Origin: Thermoplasmata archaeon
GTDB lineage: Archaea > Thermoplasmatota > Thermoplasmata > UBA10834
DNA: 24,211 nt
Assembly: GCA_050178275.1 (NCBI GenBank)
Contig: JBFXGF010000001.1
Span: 1 to 24,211, forward strand
Direction: 5' to 3'
A model generated the notes under the pieces. That model was not told the DNA's origin. It saw only the letters and a list, made by a program, of their open reading frames with translations, and did no database searches. The translations under genes and the position numbers were made by a program. Shown here one piece after another: positions 23,305 through 24,211 of this stretch. The stretch's first letter is position 1. The number at the start of each line of letters is the position of its first letter.

Positions 23305-24211
23305 TCACCGCGCCTTTGAGTCCCTGGCCAGCCTCTCGGATATCAGCACGACGAGCTTGGACAGGTTCGCGAGGTCCTTCATGCTGGCGCACTCGGTCGG
23401 CGAGTGGGTATACCTCATCGGGATGCCCAGGGGCATCATGAGCGCCCCGAAGTCCTGCATCGCGGCGCCGTCCGTCGAGCCGCCCCCGGTCCCGTACTGG
23501 AGTGGCAGCTTCCCCGCCTTCGCCACGCCCTCGATGAGCTTCCTCAGCTTGGGCGACGCGACCGCCCCGTGGTCGAACATGCGCAGCGCGGGCCCCGAGC
23601 CGAGCATGACCTTCTCGTAGGTCTCCCCCTGGCCGGGCCCGTCCGTCGTGGTCATCGTGTCTATCGCGAAAACGTAGTCCGGGGTCATCCTGAAGCCGAT
23701 GACCCTCGCGCCCTTCAGGCCGATCTCCTCCTGCACGCTCCAGACGAACACCAGCCGCAGCGGGAGCTTCTTCTTCCTCAGCCGGTCGAGCGCGTCCAGG
23801 AGGACCGCGCAGCCCGCCCTGTTGTCCACGCCCCTGGCGCATACGATGTCCCCCATGAACGTGACATCCTTCTTGAATACCATCGGGTCGAGCACTCGCA
23901 CGCCCAGCCTCTCCGTCTCGGCCCTGGACCTGGTGCCGACGTCGACCCTGACCTCCTCCCATCCGACGACCTTCTTCCGGTCGTCGCTCTCGGTCATCAG
24001 GTGCGGCGGCTTCAGGCCCAGCACGCCGGTCACCTTCCCCTTGGAGGTCTTTATCTCCACGACCCGGCCCACGAGCGTCCGGTCGTCTATGCCGCCGACC
24101 TTGCGTATCCTGAGGGAGCCGTCCTGCTCCATCTTGCTCACTATCAGGCCCAGCTCGTCCATGTGGGCTATCAACACCACCTTCGGGCCCTTGTCCCCGA
24201 CGGTCACGCTG
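23305..24211 (-). CDS. M42 family metallopeptidase (TET-type aminopeptidase), 5'-truncated by the window edge
   Basis: AHMDE, KVGGID, DNRAG, QEEIG, GGSTDG, RYTHS. The frame is open to the window end. Confidence 0.93.
   Translation of the reverse strand, partial: SVTVGDKGPKVVLIAHMDELGLIVSKMEQDGSLRIRKVGGIDDRTLVGRVVEIKTSKGKVTGVLGLKPPHLMTESDDRKKVVGWEEVRVDVGTRSRAETERLGVRVLDPMVFKKDVTFMGDIVCARGVDNRAGCAVLLDALDRLRKKKLPLRLVFVWSVQEEIGLKGARVIGFRMTPDYVFAIDTMTTTDGPGQGETYEKVMLGSGPALRMFDHGAVASPKLRKLIEGVAKAGKLPLQYGTGGGSTDGAAMQDFGALMMPLGIPMRYTHSPTECASMKDLANLSKLVVLISERLARDSKAR

Noticed and set aside
6242-23962. Long N-terminal extensions in the ORF track for rtcA (to 6355), GNAT (to 21349) and M20 (to 23962)
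   Set aside because: The extensions run through neighbouring genes. Family homology begins at internal starts 6241, 20881 and 23299, which are supported by coupling or SD signals.
22238-24211. Tandem M42 and M20 peptidases as a novel system
   Set aside because: Both have canonical metal ligands and are common housekeeping peptidases in heterotrophic archaea.
1-24211. CRISPR array, IS element, integrase, rRNA or known defence system
   Set aside because: No regularly spaced repeats, terminal inverted repeats with a transposase, recombinase motifs or rRNA signatures were seen.

Overview
GC-rich archaeal chromosomal segment, most likely Thermoplasmatota. This is inferred from the split GMP synthase, the PAC2, UPF0147 and TIGR00304 genes, TATA boxes about 25 nt upstream of several start codons, and a tRNA without encoded CCA. 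It holds about 24 CDS and one tRNA-Gly(CCC). Most genes are housekeeping or transport: guaAB/guaAA, Mut7-C nuclease, Rib7/ArfC reductase, PAC2 chaperone, rtcA, MFS, CaCA and CPA2 antiporters, rocD, a PPC/DUF296 protein, a GNAT, asnS, and M20 and M42 peptidases. The most unusual feature is an intact 1032-aa type-2 IleRS homologue in which both class I ATP-binding signatures are replaced (HIGH to HMGD, KMSKS to VIRSS). Its amino-acid pocket, tRNA-binding motifs and editing-site His/Asp are retained, so it is a candidate pseudo-synthetase (tRNA binder, sensor or trans-editing factor). It is transcribed divergently from a small gene cluster: a 56-aa HicB-like ORF missing from the ORF track, a DNA-binding-less Lrp/AsnC domain, UPF0147 and tRNA-Gly. 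Immediately 3' of that tRNA is a lower-GC islet of about 2.7 kb encoding a membrane-anchored metzincin-like surface protein. The islet is closed by a degenerate copy of the tRNA 3' end, as expected for an old tRNA-integrated element. The CPA2 antiporter lacks the canonical ion-binding Asp and has extra C-terminal TM segments. All calls are by eye from motifs; no database searches were run.
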